Made by a program: the position numbers and the translations under genes. Below are positions 63,903 to 64,000 of a stretch of 64,000 bases of DNA, piece by piece; position 1 is the stretch's first letter, and each line of letters opens with the position of its first letter. Where the stretch lies: contig NW_024704742.1 in NCBI RefSeq assembly GCF_018977255.1, positions 26,040,001 through 26,104,000 on the forward strand, read 5' to 3'. The stretch is from Callorhinchus milii. Its lineage: Eukaryota. The notes under the pieces were generated by a model, which was not told the origin of the DNA, made no database searches, and saw nothing but the letters and a program-made list of their open reading frames with translations.

Positions 63903-64000
63903 TAATAATAATAATCCTTGCATTTGATATAGTGCCTTACCACATCTTCGAGACGTCTCAAACTGCCTCGCAGAATATGCTGTGAAGTGAATTGACTGTA
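63903..64000 (-). mobile_element. Young SINE 3' tail, cut off by the window end
   Basis: TAATAATAATAATCCTTGCATTTGATATAG...GTGAATTGACTGTA. Confidence 0.8.

Noticed and set aside
1-64000. CRISPR arrays, operons or other prokaryotic-type systems
   Set aside because: The sequence is spliced vertebrate DNA; the repeats are dispersed retroelements, not regularly spaced repeat-spacer arrays.

Overview
AT-rich vertebrate genomic DNA, most likely a cartilaginous fish. The tRNA-head/Deu-domain SINEs with L2 tails and the CR1/L2 LINEs look like those of holocephalans such as Callorhinchus (inferred from repeat style, not from a search). The window holds two convergent genes. On the + strand is the last coding exon and 3' UTR of STK32B (stop at 320-322). 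On the - strand is the 3' part of EVC2 (limbin): 13 GT-AG coding exons from 63320 down to the stop at 6627, equivalent to human exons 10-22, splicing into one open frame of about 931 codons and ending in the conserved W-peptide. Exons 1-9 lie beyond the right edge. Introns are packed with L2 and CR1 LINE fragments, at least three SINE families, Penelope-like remnants and an unclassified ~600-bp retroposed repeat. The most unusual non-genic features are a decayed tRNA-Lys(UUU) gene with a canonical 19-nt intron, a 49-bp hairpin whose loop also matches the 3' flank (46801-46955), and a CR1-into-L2 insertion with microhomology at both junctions. I found no convincing new multi-gene system. Exon numbers and human comparisons come from recalled human EVC2/STK32B sequences, not from an alignment run here. 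Repeat boundaries are approximate.
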